A DNA stretch of 64,000 nt. Source: Rikenellaceae bacterium. Its GTDB lineage: Bacteria > Bacteroidota > Bacteroidia > Bacteroidales > Rikenellaceae. Below are positions 63,535 through 64,000 of this stretch, one piece after another. The notes under the pieces were generated by a model. That model did no database searches. It had not been told where the DNA came from and saw only the letters and a program-made list of their open reading frames with translations. Location of the stretch: NCBI GenBank assembly GCA_015059685.1, contig SUZW01000005.1, positions 19,931 through 83,930 of the forward strand, written 5' to 3'. A program made the position numbers and the translations under genes. The number at the start of each line of letters is the position of its first letter. Position 1 is the first letter of the stretch.

Positions 63535-64000
63535 CTATTGTTGCGAGTACTCTCGCAGCACCTCGTAAGCCTCCTCGATACCCAACTCACCCGCCTTCGA
63601 GATATCGAGGCAGCCCTTGCGGGTATCCTTCATATAGATTTGTATCAAACCTCGATTATAGTACGCCTCGGCAAAGTTCGGGTTCAGCTTTATAGCCTTC
63701 GTGTAGTCGTCAAACGCCTCGGGAAGTCGGCCCGAGAGGGCTTGCAGATTTGCACGATTGTAGTAGGCGTAGGCAAAGCCCGAATGGAGCGAAATAGCTT
63801 TCGTAAGGTCGGCTATAGCCTCGTCGTAGTTGTAGGTGCGAGTGGTGCGATTATGGAGCTGTCGTGCAGGGTCGCTCTCGATAGAGATACGCTGGTAGGC
63901 GTTATCTATCGAGGATATAAAGTCAATCATATCCGCCTGCGTGGTTGCTCGGTTGAGATAAACAAACGGATTAGTTGGCGAGGCTTTAATTGCTGCGGTA
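63535..64000 (-). CDS. Tetratricopeptide repeat protein, C-terminal part (starts beyond window)
   Basis: Frame is open to the window end; AYAYYNRAN, AEAYYNRGL, D.SKAGELG. Confidence 0.88.
   Translation of the reverse strand, partial: TAAIKASPTNPFVYLNRATTQADMIDFISSIDNAYQRISIESDPARQLHNRTTRTYNYDEAIADLTKAISLHSGFAYAYYNRANLQALSGRLPEAFDDYTKAIKLNPNFAEAYYNRGLIQIYMKDTRKGCLDISKAGELGIEEAYEVLREYSQQ

Overview
Gene-dense chromosomal segment of a Bacteroidales bacterium, most likely Rikenellaceae/Alistipes-like (inferred from TAnnTTTG promoters, lipoprotein/outer-membrane genes and gene content). Mostly housekeeping and metabolic genes: rho (partial), miaA, dusB, purA, purT, an eight-gene pyrimidine operon, yidC, fabI, fabD, ppa, panB, obgE, argS, GH89, GH97, eptA, plus tRNA-Leu(TAA) and tRNA-Gln(TTG). 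I saw no transposase, integrase, reverse transcriptase, CRISPR array or rRNA. The main unexplained signal is a ~240-nt non-coding element present three times on the minus strand (16155-16392, 56604-56836, 61646-61897). Each copy lies between a Bacteroidetes promoter and an unrelated accessory gene set, shows compensatory base changes across a long rod-like fold, and can adopt a second, mutually exclusive 3' fold ahead of a U-rich tract: a candidate portable cis-regulatory RNA switch. Second highlight: the pyr operon looks Firmicutes-derived, has a leader-peptide/terminator attenuator, a CarA lacking the glutaminase catalytic Cys and His, and a PyrB fused to only the Zn domain of PyrI. Also seen: a REP-like palindromic repeat family nested in short tandem repeats, an att-like duplication of the tRNA-Gln 3' end, and strong avoidance of ACGT. 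All family assignments come from motif recognition by eye, not database searches.
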